From positions 256,001-320,000 of the forward strand of contig CAVOKF010000001.1 of the NCBI GenBank assembly GCA_963696385.1: a DNA stretch of 64,000 bases, in the 5' to 3' direction. The notes beneath the pieces are model-generated. The model was given only the letters and a program-made list of their open reading frames with translations, made no database searches and had not been told where the DNA came from. Numbering within the stretch: the stretch's first letter is position 1; each line of letters starts with the position of its first letter. This stretch comes from an uncultured delta proteobacterium. Lineage in GTDB: Bacteria > Myxococcota_A > Polyangia > Polyangiales > Polyangiaceae. Made by a program: the position numbers and the translations under genes. Positions 52,442 to 64,000 of this stretch are shown here, one piece after another.

Positions 52442-53584
52442 ATGGCCACGGCTCCGAACATCGTGAACAGGGTCTTGCGCGTCGTGCTCTGCGGCGTGGT
52501 TCCTGCGGCTTGGTTCGCTGCATGTTCGTCGAGCGCCGGCACCCCTGATCCGGCCAACGGTTCCGGAGGGTCGTCTGGCGGTCGCTCGGCAAGCTCGGCC
52601 GCAGCGTCGATCGTCGCGTCCGATACGAGCTCGAGCAGCTCGTCGGACAGCAGCTCGTCGGGCGGCAGCCCGTCGGGCGGCAGCCCGGACAGCGCGTCCT
52701 CCGCCGGCGGATCGGTCGGTTCGTCGAGCGGCCGCTCGGACAGTTCGGCGTCGGGATCCAGTAGCTCGTCGGGCGACGCCGCCGAAGCTTCGACGGACCT
52801 CGATGACTCGGGGGTGGACGCTTCTGCCGATTCGCCGGCCCGATCCGAAGCCGGGACTTCGGCAGACGGCGGCGGCGATTCTCCCGAGAGCGGCGGCGAG
52901 GCCGGGCACGCCCATACGGGCGTCTGGCGGATCACGCCGATCGGCGATTCGATCACCGAGGACACGTGCGGTCCGCAGTTCGTTTCTCAGGACCTGATCC
53001 AGGACGGTCACACGAACTTCATTTTTGTCGGCACCGAAACGAACAACCAAAATTGCTCGGGGGCGCCCAACGTCGAGAGCGAAGGACACGCCGGTTACTT
53101 GGTCACCGATCTTCTTCCACCACCTCACCAGCCAATACTGGCCGACCACTCCGCGGAGCTGCCCATGTGGGCGGCGAACGATAAGTCGGATGTCCTCTTG
53201 ATGCAGTTTGGAACGAACGACGTTTGGAACGGTGTCGCGACCCAAACCATTCTACAAGCGTACACCCTCGTCTTGACCGACTACCGCGCCGTCCATCCGA
53301 ACGTCATCCTCTTCATCGCCCAGATCACCCCCTTGCACCCCACCGGCTGCGGGACCTGCGAGACCGGCGCCGAGGCGCTGAACGCGGCCATTCCGGGCTG
53401 GGCGACGAGCCAGAGCACCCCAGCCTCACCGATTTACGTGGTCGACGTGTGGTCCGCGTTCACGGCTTCGACGTATCTTCCGGATTCCATGTATACCGCC
53501 GACGGCGTGCACCCGAATCCGGCCGGAGCGGCGCTCGTTGCCCACGAGTGGTACAACGCCTTAATCGCACAGGGCATTCCCTGA
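52442..53584 (+). CDS. SGNH/GDSL hydrolase lipoprotein (CE3-like) with a Ser-rich linker
   Basis: Lipobox FAAC; GDSIT, EGHAG, GTND, DGVHP. Confidence 0.88.
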   Translation: MATAPNIVNRVLRVVLCGVVPAAWFAACSSSAGTPDPANGSGGSSGGRSASSAAASIVASDTSSSSSSDSSSSGGSPSGGSPDSASSAGGSVGSSSGRSDSSASGSSSSSGDAAEASTDLDDSGVDASADSPARSEAGTSADGGGDSPESGGEAGHAHTGVWRITPIGDSITEDTCGPQFVSQDLIQDGHTNFIFVGTETNNQNCSGAPNVESEGHAGYLVTDLLPPPHQPILADHSAELPMWAANDKSDVLLMQFGTNDVWNGVATQTILQAYTLVLTDYRAVHPNVILFIAQITPLHPTGCGTCETGAEALNAAIPGWATSQSTPASPIYVVDVWSAFTASTYLPDSMYTADGVHPNPAGAALVAHEWYNALIAQGIP

Positions 53585-54025
53585 TTCCCTTAGGAGCGAG
53601 GGCGACCTCGACGAGTCGGGCAATCTGTCGCCGCGACGGAGGCCTCGACGAACGAGCTTCACGGAGCGTCTCGGTCTGCCCGTAGAAAGTCGCCGCGGTC
53701 GGTCGCAGGGCGAGGCGACGCTCGTTGAAGCTCGCGCACCAGGGCGATCCCGTCTAGGAGGCTTTCTCGGGCGCCGGCGTCAGAACTCGCGGCAAGACCG
53801 ACCGGAACCGAGGACGGCGACGCCCATGTCGCACTACGGTCCCGTCCGCTGGCAGAGGGGAACACGGGCAGGCTTCGACGGACCTGGGCGTGTGATGCGG
53901 CTCGTGTTACGAGCGTTCGAGCGCTCACTGCGCTGCGGAAAGGGGGCGGGCCATGGCAGGTCGCATCAACGACGAGTTTCCACGCGCCGTCGGGGCGGGC
54001 GCGACGTGCCCAACTGGACACGGTC

Positions 54026-55981
54026 ATGTCGCATGAGCCTGGGCTCGCTGCCGATGGGGCCATCGCCTTCGCGGAGACTCTTGTCGAGGAGTCTCCGGAC
54101 GCGCTCATCGCCCTTGCGCTGGATGGCAAGGTCCTCTTCTGGAGCCGGGGCGCCGAAACGATTTTCGGCTACTCGGCGGACGACGCCATCGGACACTGCA
54201 TCGAGGATCTCATCGTCCCCGGCGACCTGCGCGAAGAGGCTCGCTGCAAGTTGGCCGAGGTGCGGGCGCAGGGGTCGCTCGTCTTCGAGACGACGCGCCG
54301 ACGGAAGGACGGTGCCTTCATCGTCGTGGACGTATCGAAGCGTCTGGTGACGGACGCCGCCGGGCGGCCTTCGTTCATCGCCGTCAACAAAAAGGACGTG
54401 ACGCGCTTGCGCCGGGACGGGGCTGTCGAAAGTAAATTCCGAGGTTTGCTCGAAGCGGCCCCCGACGCGATGGTGATCGTCGGAAAAGATGGCCGAATCG
54501 CGCTCGTGAACGGCCAGACGGAGAAGCTCTTCGGCTACGGACGCGAGGAGCTGCTTGGGCAACCCATCGAGAGACTCGTTCCCGAACGCTACCGGGGCAA
54601 GCATCCCGGCTATCGCGCGGGCTACTTCGCGGCGCCCACGGTTCGAGCGATGGCCGGCAGTGCCGTGTCCCTTTTCGGCCTACGCAAGGACGGCACGGAG
54701 TTCGCCGCCGAGATCAGCCTGAGCCCGATCGAGACGCCGGAGGGGACGCTGGCGACGGCAGCCATTCGCGACATCACCGAACGCAAACGGCTCGAAGAGC
54801 TCGAGGTCCGCCGAAAGAGTCACGACCTCGAAGAGGAAAATCGCCGGATGCAGGAGGCGAACCGACTCAAGAGCGAGTTTCTCGCAAACATGAGCCACGA
54901 GCTTCGCACGCCGCTCAACGCGATCATCGGCTTTGCGGAGTTGATGTTCAGGGGCAAAGTCGGTCCCGTTTCGGCCAATCACCAGGAATACCTAGGCGAC
55001 ATCCTCGACAGTTCGCGGCACCTCCTTCAGCTCATCAACGACGTACTCGACCTCGCGAAGGTCGAGTCGGGAAAAATGGATTTCCGGCCCGAGCACTTGG
55101 ATCTGGGCAAGGTCGTCGGGGAAGTGCGTGACATCTTGCGCGGGCTCGCATCCACCAAGCGCATCCGCATGGACGCACGGGTCAATCCGACGCTCGGTGC
55201 GGCGAGGCTCGATCCCGCCCGACTCAAGCAGGTGCTCTACAACTATCTTTCCAATGCGCTGAAGTTCACACCCGAAGAGGGGCGAGTGAGCGTCCGCCTG
55301 GTGCCCGAGGCTCCCGATCGGTTTTGCATCGAGGTGGAGGACAGCGGCATCGGGATCCGCCCCGAGGATCTGCCCCGACTGTTCGTGGAGTTCCAACAGC
55401 TCGACGCGGGGACCGCGAAGAAGTACGGCGGCACGGGGCTCGGTCTCGCGCTCACCAGGCGCATCGTCGAAGCGCAGGGAGGCCATGTCGCGGTCCGGAG
55501 CGAGCTCGGAAAAGGAAGCGTGTTCTCGGCCGTCCTTCCAATGAGCACGCCGGGTTTCTCGGCGCTTCCCGTGGCCAGTGCACCGTTGCCCGCTCCAAGT
55601 TCGGAGCGCCCAACCTCGGTGCTCGTGGTCGACGACGACTCCGCCGCGCTCCGCCTCATGGAGGCCACGCTGAAGCTGCTCGGCCATGGGGTCACGTGCG
55701 TCGCGCGGCCCTCGGATGCGCTGCTCGCCGTCGTACAAAAGGTCCCGTCGGCCGTGGTGCTCGATCTGCTCATGCCCGACATGGATGGGTTCGAGCTCCT
55801 CGAGCGCCTGCGAGCTCTCCCGGGGATGCGTGACGTGCCCGTTCTTGTCTGGACCGTACACGATCTCACCCAGGCCGAGCGCAAGCGCCTGCTCGAAGCT
55901 GCGCAAGGCATCGTGTCCAAGAGAGAGGGCGGAACCGAGGCCATCCTGGCCGCTCTCGAGCCTTACCTCTCGGCGGTCTGA
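54026..55981 (+). CDS. PAS-PAS hybrid histidine kinase with a receiver
   Basis: [43 protein letters not shown]. Confidence 0.93.
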   Translation: MSHEPGLAADGAIAFAETLVEESPDALIALALDGKVLFWSRGAETIFGYSADDAIGHCIEDLIVPGDLREEARCKLAEVRAQGSLVFETTRRRKDGAFIVVDVSKRLVTDAAGRPSFIAVNKKDVTRLRRDGAVESKFRGLLEAAPDAMVIVGKDGRIALVNGQTEKLFGYGREELLGQPIERLVPERYRGKHPGYRAGYFAAPTVRAMAGSAVSLFGLRKDGTEFAAEISLSPIETPEGTLATAAIRDITERKRLEELEVRRKSHDLEEENRRMQEANRLKSEFLANMSHELRTPLNAIIGFAELMFRGKVGPVSANHQEYLGDILDSSRHLLQLINDVLDLAKVESGKMDFRPEHLDLGKVVGEVRDILRGLASTKRIRMDARVNPTLGAARLDPARLKQVLYNYLSNALKFTPEEGRVSVRLVPEAPDRFCIEVEDSGIGIRPEDLPRLFVEFQQLDAGTAKKYGGTGLGLALTRRIVEAQGGHVAVRSELGKGSVFSAVLPMSTPGFSALPVASAPLPAPSSERPTSVLVVDDDSAALRLMEATLKLLGHGVTCVARPSDALLAVVQKVPSAVVLDLLMPDMDGFELLERLRALPGMRDVPVLVWTVHDLTQAERKRLLEAAQGIVSKREGGTEAILAALEPYLSAV

Positions 55982-55997
55982 TCGGAAGGGGGTAAGC

Positions 55998-56384
55998 GTG
56001 TCTGGCGAAGCCATCCTCATCGTGGACGACAACGCGGCCAACCTGAAGCTCGCGCGCGTGCTCCTGCAAAACGAGGGCTATGAAGTACGCACCGCAGAGG
56101 ACGCCGAGGACGCTCTGGACTTGCTTCGGTCGTTCAGGCCGCGGCTCATCTTGATGGACATCCAGCTGCCCGGTATGGACGGCCTGGAGCTGACCCGACG
56201 CTTGCAGGCCGACGCCGCCACGAAAGACATCGCGATCCTCGCGCTCACCGCCTACGCGATGAAGGGCGACGAGGAAAAGGCCCGTGCAGCGGGATGCGTC
56301 GGTTACATCACCAAGCCGATCGACGTCGGCGCCTTGCCCGACGTCATCGCCCATCACCTCGGAGTGCGGCGGGTGACCCCGTGA
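55998..56384 (+). CDS. single-domain response regulator (DivK-like)
   Basis: ILIVDDN, MDIQLPGMDG, LTAYAMKGDEEK, TKPID. Confidence 0.92.
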   Translation: MSGEAILIVDDNAANLKLARVLLQNEGYEVRTAEDAEDALDLLRSFRPRLILMDIQLPGMDGLELTRRLQADAATKDIAILALTAYAMKGDEEKARAAGCVGYITKPIDVGALPDVIAHHLGVRRVTP

Positions 56385-59260
56385 GTGCCTCGCCGATCCT
56401 GATCGTCGAGGACAACGCCGCGACACGAAAGATGATGCGTCTCGCGTTGCAGGCCGAGGGGTACTCGGTCGTCGAGGCCGAGGACGGTGAGGGGGCTTTG
56501 CGCGTGGTTGCGGCGCAAGCGCCGCTTGCGCTCGTGCTGCTCGACTGCAAACTGCCGGACCTCGATGGCTTCGAGATCGCGCACCGACTTCGAGCGATGG
56601 CACCCGACCTGCCGCTGCTTGCGGTCACCGGTTGGGCGCAAGCGGACGAGGCTCGTATGTTGACGGCTGGCTTCCTCGACGTTCTGCAGAAGCCCGTCGA
56701 ACCGTCTCGCCTCGTCGAGATCGTCGCACGCTACGTGGGGCGCACTGAGCCTCGCGCGGCCAAAGCGGGCGCCAGGATCCTCGTCGTGGACGACGATCCC
56801 ACACAGCGCAAGCTCGGACGACTCGCGTTGGGCAGCGCTGGGTTCGAGGTCGTCGTCGCGGAGGATGGCGAGGCCGCACTTCGAATCGCTCGGGAGCGGC
56901 GACCGGACGCGATCCTGAGCGATGTGCTCATGCCGAAAATGGACGGGTTCGGGCTCTGCAAAGCGGTTCGGGCCGATTTAGCCCTGTCGAGCGTTCCGAT
57001 CGTCCTCATGTCGGCTCACTACGTGGAGGACGCGGATCGCGAGCTGGCCGATCGATTCGGCGCGAACCGATATGTCTCCCGAACGGGGGGCTATGACGCG
57101 GCCGTACGGGCGCTGCTCGACGCGATCGAATCGCCGGGTGCCCGATGTGCGGTCCCGTCCCCGGACGAACTTCAGGCCGACTATCTCCGTCGCATTGCGC
57201 ACCAGCTCGAGCGTCAGGCAACCCTTGGAGCGGGTCTTGCGCGGCAAGTCACCCTGCAGGCGACTGCACTGTCGGTGCTCGACGGTCTCTCGGAGTCGCT
57301 GGCACGGCAGCTTGACCCCGAAAACGCTCTCGCCGAGACACTGGCCATATGCCTCGATGCGGCGGGCCTCTCGGTCGGAGCGATCCTGCTGCGTGAAACC
57401 GACGGCCGGCTGACGGCCAAGGCGAAGCTCGGATGGCCGATCGAGAGCGATTGGGGGCTCCACTCTGAGGTTCTATTCGACGCGATCCGACGGGGCGGCA
57501 TCGTGATCCCGTCCGACGAAGTGGGGCGCCCGGGCGAGGAGCTGCTCTCGGCTCTCGGCGTGGCGTCGGCCCTCGTCGTCCCGATCGTCGCGCGAGACGA
57601 GCCGCTGGGGGTCCTCGTGCTCGCCTCCAACCGCGAGGATCTTGCCGGTCCGGGCGGCGAGTCCTTTGTGAGTGCCGCTCGCTCGATCTCCATGCAGCTC
57701 GGGCAAGCGCTGGCCTTGAGTCGCACGTTCTCGAAGCTGGCGAATGCCGAACAGCGATACCGCGCTCTTCTGGACAACGCCCGCGATGCCATCACCGTGT
57801 TGACCCCCGGCGGCGTCATCCTCGAAGCCAACCGCGCCTGGGAACGCTTGATGGGCGTGCCGCGAGAGCACGCGCTCGGGCGCAACGTCGCGGACTTCGC
57901 CCCCGACCCGAAGTCGGGGCTGCAGTCCGAGTACGACAAGGCCGTCGCCCAGCGAGGTGGCTCGGTGCCTCCCAGCCTGATTCGGCGACCCGACGGAACC
58001 GAAATCCAAGTCGAACTCTCTCGGACCGCCGTCGAGATCGCGGGTGAGAAGTTCATCCTCTCGATTGGTCGCGACGTGACCGATCGACTCCGCCTCGAGG
58101 AGCAGTTCCGTCAAGCGCAGAAGATGGAGGCCATCGGGAATCTGGCGGGCGCTATTGCGCACGACTTCAACAACTTGCTTTCGGTGATCCTGAGCTACGC
58201 GGCGCTTGCTCTCGGCGACCTGAAGCCGGGCAATCCCCTGCGCGAGGACCTCGAGCAAGTGAAGCGAGCGGGCGAGCGGTCCTGCGATCTCACGCGGCAG
58301 CTTTTGGCTTTCAGTCGGCAGCAGCTGCTTCAACCGCAGATCCTGGACCTCAACGCCATTTTGGCGGGCATGGAAAAGATGCTTCGGCGCCTGCTCGGGG
58401 AGGCCGTGCAGCTGTCGCTCCTCACCTTCACGAACATCGGCAGGGTCCATGTGGATCGGGGGCAAATCGAGCAGGTCATCATGAACCTCGCGGTCAACGC
58501 TCGCGATGCCATGCCGAGCGGCGGCAAGCTTTCCATCGAGACCGGCAACGTCGATCTCGATGCAGTCTACGCAGCCCAGCATCACGGACTGACGCCCGGC
58601 CCCTACGTGATGCTCGCTGTGACCGACACCGGAACGGGAATGGATGCTGCCACGCGAGCGCGGATCTTCGAACCGTTCTTCACGACCAAAGAGATGGGCA
58701 AGGGCACAGGTCTGGGACTCGCCACCGTCTTTGGGATCGTGACGCAGAGTCACGGGCACATCTGGGTCTATAGCGAGCCCGGCAAGGGGACGACCTTCAA
58801 AATTTATTTCCCAAGGCGCGAGCCAGTCGCGGACGATGAGTTGCCGGCCGTCGCCCCAACGACCGGTCTCCGCGGCTCCGAGACGGTTCTGCTCGTCGAG
58901 GATGAAGATCAGGTGCGCGCGCTTGCACGCCGGATCCTCGGCCAGAATGGATACAACGTTCTCGAGGCCCAGAACGGGGGCGAAGCGTTCCTCATTTGCG
59001 AGCAATTCGAGGCCAGAATCCACCTTCTCGTGACGGATGTCGTGATGCCGCGCATGAGCGGCAAGCAACTGGCCGAGCGCCTCGCCGTGGTTCGCCCGGA
59101 CATGAGGGTGCTCTTCATGTCGGGCTACACCGACAACACCATCGTTCACCACGGGGTACTCGATGCGGGCGTCGCGTTCCTTCAGAAGCCGATCACGCCG
59201 GATGCCTTCCTGCGGAAGGTCCGTGAAGTGCTCGACGCATCGAGCCGGAGGAGCCCGTGA
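56381..59260 (+). CDS. REC-REC-GAF-PAS hybrid histidine kinase with a C-terminal receiver (CckA-like core)
   Basis: Two N-term receivers; [30 protein letters not shown]. Confidence 0.92.
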   Translation: MSASPILIVEDNAATRKMMRLALQAEGYSVVEAEDGEGALRVVAAQAPLALVLLDCKLPDLDGFEIAHRLRAMAPDLPLLAVTGWAQADEARMLTAGFLDVLQKPVEPSRLVEIVARYVGRTEPRAAKAGARILVVDDDPTQRKLGRLALGSAGFEVVVAEDGEAALRIARERRPDAILSDVLMPKMDGFGLCKAVRADLALSSVPIVLMSAHYVEDADRELADRFGANRYVSRTGGYDAAVRALLDAIESPGARCAVPSPDELQADYLRRIAHQLERQATLGAGLARQVTLQATALSVLDGLSESLARQLDPENALAETLAICLDAAGLSVGAILLRETDGRLTAKAKLGWPIESDWGLHSEVLFDAIRRGGIVIPSDEVGRPGEELLSALGVASALVVPIVARDEPLGVLVLASNREDLAGPGGESFVSAARSISMQLGQALALSRTFSKLANAEQRYRALLDNARDAITVLTPGGVILEANRAWERLMGVPREHALGRNVADFAPDPKSGLQSEYDKAVAQRGGSVPPSLIRRPDGTEIQVELSRTAVEIAGEKFILSIGRDVTDRLRLEEQFRQAQKMEAIGNLAGAIAHDFNNLLSVILSYAALALGDLKPGNPLREDLEQVKRAGERSCDLTRQLLAFSRQQLLQPQILDLNAILAGMEKMLRRLLGEAVQLSLLTFTNIGRVHVDRGQIEQVIMNLAVNARDAMPSGGKLSIETGNVDLDAVYAAQHHGLTPGPYVMLAVTDTGTGMDAATRARIFEPFFTTKEMGKGTGLGLATVFGIVTQSHGHIWVYSEPGKGTTFKIYFPRREPVADDELPAVAPTTGLRGSETVLLVEDEDQVRALARRILGQNGYNVLEAQNGGEAFLICEQFEARIHLLVTDVVMPRMSGKQLAERLAVVRPDMRVLFMSGYTDNTIVHHGVLDAGVAFLQKPITPDAFLRKVREVLDASSRRSP

Positions 59261-59295
59261 TAGTCAATCGTGCCCCGTTGGGTTAGAGAAAGGCC

Positions 59296-60351
59296 ATGCA
59301 CTGGCAACGGCTGGCGCCACGGGCAGCAGGACTAGCGATCGCTTTCGCGACGCTCCCGAGCGGCATGGCCTACGGCCAAAGCCGGGAAGAAGCAACGGAC
59401 AAGGTGGGCGCCGAAGCGCTGTTCGAGGACGGCCGTCGGTTGGTCGAAGCCGGCAAGTACGCCGAGGCACGTCCGAAATTTGCTGACAGCCAAAGGCTTG
59501 ACCCCTCCCCGTCGACGCTGCTGAACCTTGCGAACTGTCTCGAAAAGCTTGGCCGGACGGCAACCGCCTGGGCCACCTACAAGGAAGCCGGCAGCTTGGC
59601 GAGCGCCGGAGGACGCAACGACTACGTGGAAACGGCTGACCGACACGCGAACACGCTTTTGCCGAAGCTGGCGCGCCTGATCGTGAACGTTCCGCACGCC
59701 GTGGACGGGATGGTAGTGAAGCGTGACGGCGCCGTTCTCGAGCACTCCGAATGGGGAAACCCCATTCCGATCGACGCCGGTCCGCATGTCTTGATTGCGA
59801 CGGCGCCAGGCCACGCGTCGTGGATCTCCACCGTGGAGATCGCGCAGGACGGACTCGAGGTATCCGTGGTCGTGCCGGCGCTCGAATCGGTTCCGGATGC
59901 GACGCGGCCCTTGGGGTCCGCTTTTTCACCCCCCATCGCGTCACAGCCGACCCCCGTCGCTGCGGCCGCGGAGGCGGCTCCGAGCCATCTAGGCGACCGC
60001 CAGCGTATTATCGGCTGGGTCGTTGGAGGGGCCGGAGTCGCTTCGCTCGGCGTCGGTGCGGTGTTTGGAGCCGTTGCCATCAGCAAACATAACTCCTCGA
60101 GAGACGCCATGGCGGGTGCATGCGATCCGGACGATGCGACCTCCTGTGAGCCCGAGGTGGTTCAGGAGCGCAATGACGCACGCAACGCCGGGAATATCGC
60201 AAACTGGACGTTGGGAGCGGGCGCAGCCGGCCTCGTCGCCGGCGCCGTGCTTTGGATTACGGCGCCGCACGGCGGAAGGCAACGGAGGCCCGTTGCCGGG
60301 TGGTTCGTTGTTCCTGCGCTGGGTGGCGCAGTACTGCGAGGAGCGTGGTGA
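59296..60351 (+). CDS. TPR/PEGA-like myxobacterial exported protein
   Basis: AEALFEDGRRL, TLLNLANCLEKLGRTATAW, PIDAGPH..ATAPG; C-term LRGAW. Confidence 0.75.
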   Translation: MHWQRLAPRAAGLAIAFATLPSGMAYGQSREEATDKVGAEALFEDGRRLVEAGKYAEARPKFADSQRLDPSPSTLLNLANCLEKLGRTATAWATYKEAGSLASAGGRNDYVETADRHANTLLPKLARLIVNVPHAVDGMVVKRDGAVLEHSEWGNPIPIDAGPHVLIATAPGHASWISTVEIAQDGLEVSVVVPALESVPDATRPLGSAFSPPIASQPTPVAAAAEAAPSHLGDRQRIIGWVVGGAGVASLGVGAVFGAVAISKHNSSRDAMAGACDPDDATSCEPEVVQERNDARNAGNIANWTLGAGAAGLVAGAVLWITAPHGGRQRRPVAGWFVVPALGGAVLRGAW

Positions 60352-61136
60352 GGAAGCCATTTATCATCGGGGCCCTTGCAGCCACCGCGGCGGCACTCGC
60401 GAGCGGCGTGCTCATGTGCAATTGGGTGACTGGCAACCGCGAGCTCACCGCGGAGCCGTGCACGGGGAACTATTGTGCTCAGTGTGTTCCGTACTGCAAC
60501 GCAGTCATGCAGGCATGTCCACCCGGTGGCACTAGCGAGAACATGGAATACTTGACGACGGACGTCTGCATACGGGCGTGCAATGCCAATGGCAACTTGT
60601 GGACCAGTCCCACCATCTACGCTCCCCCCGACACCATGATAACGGAGCTCGCGTGTCGGCAAGCCATGATCGCCGACGGCGGCTTCTCGTGCGCAAACGC
60701 TGGCCCACTCGGCGGAACTGGAGCGTGCATTTCTGATGCGAGCGAGCCATGCGCGGCATTCTGTCAGCTGGATCTGCAGGTGTGTGCCGGGAACGATAAC
60801 CTGCAATACGATGGCGGCATGAGCGATTGCATGAACCAATGCTTACTTCATTATCCATACGTCGTCCCCGACAGCGGGGGCGATCTGACCAATTACGAGG
60901 GAGATCTGCTGACACCCGCCGATATGGAAAACAGTGACACGCTCAACTGTCGGTTTTACCACCTGGAGAATGCCATGAGGGATGCCTCCGGCTACGGACC
61001 CGCGCACCACTGCAGCCATACCGGTTCAACGAACAGCGCCAACAGCGGGGGAAACGTCGTGCAAAACGCGTACTGTCACCCCGGTTGGATGGCATTGACG
61101 AATGGTGACGCCGGAACCGAAGACTCCGGGGACTAG
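60348..61136 (+). CDS. Cys-rich secreted protein with two internal repeats
   Basis: CVPYC..VMQAC / CAAFC..LQVC; DTLNCRFYHLENA..HHCSHTG; GTGA overlap. Confidence 0.7.
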   Translation: MRKPFIIGALAATAAALASGVLMCNWVTGNRELTAEPCTGNYCAQCVPYCNAVMQACPPGGTSENMEYLTTDVCIRACNANGNLWTSPTIYAPPDTMITELACRQAMIADGGFSCANAGPLGGTGACISDASEPCAAFCQLDLQVCAGNDNLQYDGGMSDCMNQCLLHYPYVVPDSGGDLTNYEGDLLTPADMENSDTLNCRFYHLENAMRDASGYGPAHHCSHTGSTNSANSGGNVVQNAYCHPGWMALTNGDAGTEDSGD

Positions 61137-61262
61137 CGGCAATCTGCTCACCGCGATGCGAATTCCGTGACTGGTCATTTCCGCAAGGGGATTCGTCGAC
61201 ATCCGCTGTGCCCAGCGCCGCCCTGCCGGCGGCCCCTCCGTAAGGATTTCACCGAGGACTTC

Positions 61263-61757
61263 GTGAGACCCTCGAGAGCGGCTTTCACATCGGCGCGTTG
61301 GTCTCCCATTGCAAAAGTCTTAGGATGCGGTGTCGTGTCTTTGCTGTGCGCTCTACCCTCCTGCAGCAGCGGTTCGAGCTCCGCACCGGAGACGAAGGCC
61401 GAGAGCGGGGACTCTGCAGCTGCGCCTGCGACGTTCACGGAAGTGTACAGCACGATCCTGCAGCCGACATGCAGTTCTTGCCACAGGCCGGGCGGAGAAG
61501 CCTCCTTCCAGGACTTCAGCTCCCAGTCCAACGCGTATCTCGCGCTCGTGGGGGTAAAGGCCTCGGGCCCCGGATGCGGGTCGACGGACGAAACGCGCGT
61601 CGTGCCCGGAAACGCTTCGCAGAGCCTCCTGTTCCAGAAAATCTCGGAGTCGACCCCGCCGTGCGGATCCCAAATGCCGCTTGGAGAACCTCCACTCTCG
61701 AGCGCTCTGATGACGGTGATTAAGGACTGGATCACGGCCGGAGCCCTAAACGACTGA
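61263..61757 (+). CDS. c-type cytochrome domain lipoprotein
   Basis: TFTEVYSTILQPTCSSCH, QMPLG, IKDWITAGALND. Confidence 0.75.
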   Translation: MRPSRAAFTSARWSPIAKVLGCGVVSLLCALPSCSSGSSSAPETKAESGDSAAAPATFTEVYSTILQPTCSSCHRPGGEASFQDFSSQSNAYLALVGVKASGPGCGSTDETRVVPGNASQSLLFQKISESTPPCGSQMPLGEPPLSSALMTVIKDWITAGALND

Positions 61758-61843
61758 TCGGGGCGAGCCACGGGCGAAGATGTGGTCGAGTAGCCCGGGA
61801 GATCGTTGCAACGGGCTTACAACAATTCAGTCTTTCCGAGGAT

Positions 61844-63277
61844 TCATCGCCGCGAAGGGATTCCGTCGTTGTCTAGCGTGCTCGCGGGAGCTTGCGCCGT
61901 GACCGCGCCGGGGACCGCCACGACCTTCGTCGGTATGGGCGTCGGGGGCGCTCGCTGGGGCGTTGGTGCCGGGGCATTCCGAGGTGGGAGGGGAGAGATA
62001 CTCGAGGGACCGTCGGCAGCGGGATGAGGCGGAATCTCGAGAGCGGGCTGCGGCGAGATGTGGACCACGGGTTCGGGCGGCGGCGGCGGGACCTCCCGGG
62101 AAGCTGTAGAGAGCGGCGATCGGATCGGGTGCGCATCGACGATCGTTGGGACCTCACCGGCGGGCGGCGCGTGCCCGACAAGGTCTGTTCTTGAAGGTGG
62201 GCGCCGCTGAAGCGCCACGAACACCAGCGCTCCACCGGCCGCCGCGAACACGACGCCCACGATCGCCATCACCCCGCCCTTTTTGACCTTTCCCACGAAA
62301 TGGCTCCCCCACCCTGCGAGGGTGTTGACCTTTTCGGGAACGGGACGGGCGACGTGTGGAACCGTCGAGGGAGACCCCGAACGCATGGCAACGTCACTGG
62401 ACCGAGCGAGCACGTTCGGACCAAGGGCGTCGAGTGCCGCCGCAACCTCGGCCGCATTGGCAAATCGCCGGGTCGCGTCCTTTTCGAGACAGCGGTCGAT
62501 GATTGCGACGACCTCCCGATGGACGTCCGCGCGCAGTGTGGACAACGGACAAGGCGGGTCGTGAGCGATCTTGACGCAGAGCGCGGCGTACGTCTCCCCT
62601 TCGAACGGGTAACGGCCCGTCAGGAGTTCGAAGAGCACGACCCCGAGCGACCAGACGTCGACCCGTGCATCAACGTCACGCGACGAGAGCATTTGCTCGG
62701 GAGCCATGTACAGCGGCGACCCCAGCACGGCAGATGTTTTCGTGAGGGCGCGGCCCGTCACGCCTTCGATGGTTTTGGAAATGCCGAAATCGAGGACCTT
62801 CAGTTTTGGTCCGCCGTCTGGCGTATTCGTCAAGAATAGGTTTTGCGGCTTCAGGTCGCGATGCACGATTCCGACGCTATGGGCCTCGGCCAGCGCCATG
62901 CATGCTTGTCGGAGCAGTCGCAGCGCAAAGGCCACAGGCAGCGGCCCCCGCTCGCCCATGATCTTTCCGAGATCGCTCCCTTCGAGGAACTCCATGACCA
63001 TGTAAGGAACGCCCGAGTCCAGGACGCCGACGTCGAGCACCTTGGCTACGTGTTCGCTCTTCAGGCTGGCGGCAGCGCGCGCTTCCCGCAGAAAGCGAGT
63101 GGCCGCGTCGGGATTGCCGAGTGCTTCCTCCCGGACGAATTTGATCGCAACGAGTTGGTCCAGCTGCTCGTGGCGAGCCGCAACAACGATGCCCATTCCG
63201 CCCGAACCGATCACACGCTCGACGCGATATTTTCCGAAGAGAAGGTCGCCTTCCTTGACCCCCGTCTTGGCCATCAC
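61844..63277 (-). CDS. Hanks-type Ser/Thr protein kinase with TM and Pro-rich tail
   Basis: GSGGMG, VAIK, HRDLKPQN, DFG, YMAPEQ, DVWSLG. Confidence 0.95.
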   Translation of the reverse strand: MMAKTGVKEGDLLFGKYRVERVIGSGGMGIVVAARHEQLDQLVAIKFVREEALGNPDAATRFLREARAAASLKSEHVAKVLDVGVLDSGVPYMVMEFLEGSDLGKIMGERGPLPVAFALRLLRQACMALAEAHSVGIVHRDLKPQNLFLTNTPDGGPKLKVLDFGISKTIEGVTGRALTKTSAVLGSPLYMAPEQMLSSRDVDARVDVWSLGVVLFELLTGRYPFEGETYAALCVKIAHDPPCPLSTLRADVHREVVAIIDRCLEKDATRRFANAAEVAAALDALGPNVLARSSDVAMRSGSPSTVPHVARPVPEKVNTLAGWGSHFVGKVKKGGVMAIVGVVFAAAGGALVFVALQRRPPSRTDLVGHAPPAGEVPTIVDAHPIRSPLSTASREVPPPPPEPVVHISPQPALEIPPHPAADGPSSISPLPPRNAPAPTPQRAPPTPIPTKVVAVPGAVTAQAPASTLDNDGIPSRR

Positions 63278-63593
63278 ATTTCATTAAATAGCATGGGAGC
63301 CATCTCCGGCGGGCAAGCAAGCGATCTCGGTCGTAACGAGGCCGGGACCCGAGCGGTAAGCGTTCGAGACTGCATGGGTATTCGCCGTAATGGCCCGCAC
63401 TCTTCCCGGCCAACGTTTCTCCGAAGATGGGGGGGCGATGGGGGCGCTGCCTGGTCCGGGGCGGCCGCACGTTCCCCCTTGCGACCGGAGGCGCGCGGGT
63501 CATCATGGATGATGAAAGGTCAACGGAAAGGGGCGATCCAATCGCAAGGACGCGTCTTGTGCCCGGCACGGGCCATGCGTTGCAGGGCGAGCG

Positions 63594-64000
63594 ATGAAGG
63601 TGTTCTTGCGTCGTGGATGGGGCGCTTCGGCATTTGTCGCCGTAGGACTCGGCACGGGCATCGTCGGAGAGCCGCCCCGACACGAAGTGGAGACCGCCGG
63701 TCGCACAGAGCTTCTGGCCGAGCGGGAAGAGCTGTTTCACGCGATGGCGACCGAGCTCGATCTGAGCGAAGCCCAGCTCGCTCGCGTGCGGCAGATCGTG
63801 TCGCGCTCCCCGGTCCTCGGCCAAGGCAATCCCCGCATCAGCATGCATCCCATGACTCGGCAAGAGTGCCGCGCCATCCGAGCGGATGTACCCGCGACAC
63901 CCGTCGATGGTTCGCGGTGTGGGGCGCCGAACATGGTGCCCATCTACGATCCAGAGGCCGGGGAGTCGGCAAGTGATGCGCGCACGTGCATCGATCAGTA
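63594..64000 (+). CDS. partial exported protein, probably FGE-sulfatase (SUMF1) family; runs off the window end
   Basis: Open frame MKVFLRRGWGASAFVAVGLG...GQGNP...CGAPNMVPIYDP...CIDQ. Confidence 0.55.
   Translation, partial: MKVFLRRGWGASAFVAVGLGTGIVGEPPRHEVETAGRTELLAEREELFHAMATELDLSEAQLARVRQIVSRSPVLGQGNPRISMHPMTRQECRAIRADVPATPVDGSRCGAPNMVPIYDPEAGESASDARTCIDQ

Noticed and set aside
52550..52790. Ser/Gly-rich low-complexity repeats
   Set aside because: An ordinary flexible linker of a lipoprotein hydrolase.

Overview
This is a GC-rich chromosomal segment that looks like a myxobacterium (Myxococcota, probably Polyangiaceae). That is inferred from a MYXO-CTERM protease, a TPR/PEGA protein near a Ser/Thr kinase, a DUF1592/DUF1552 pair and many Cys-rich lipoproteins. 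It holds about 58 genes. Housekeeping and accessory functions include HPF-CSD, an AKR, a WYL regulator, an ABC-2/HlyD exporter, a GrxD-rhodanese fusion with BolA, NDH-2, HU, an FTR1 iron permease, an SF2 helicase and several two-component systems. I found no rRNA, tRNA, CRISPR array, transposase or integrase. Four otherwise intact genes each carry a single-base indel (about 1043, 12926, 34668, 46808), most likely assembly errors. Correcting them restores a probable diadenylate cyclase and a small membrane protein missed by the ORF track. The best candidates for new biology are: (1) a precursor-like exported peptide tightly coupled to a ferritin-like diiron enzyme, a possible RiPP-type system (50712-52033); (2) a sensorless pseudo-histidine kinase with an intact His but a degenerate ATPase domain (9708-10403); (3) the soluble DAC gene behind grxD-bolA; (4) a Zn-ribbon/YG-motif protein with 69-bp tandem repeats. 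All family calls come from motif recognition by eye, with no database search.
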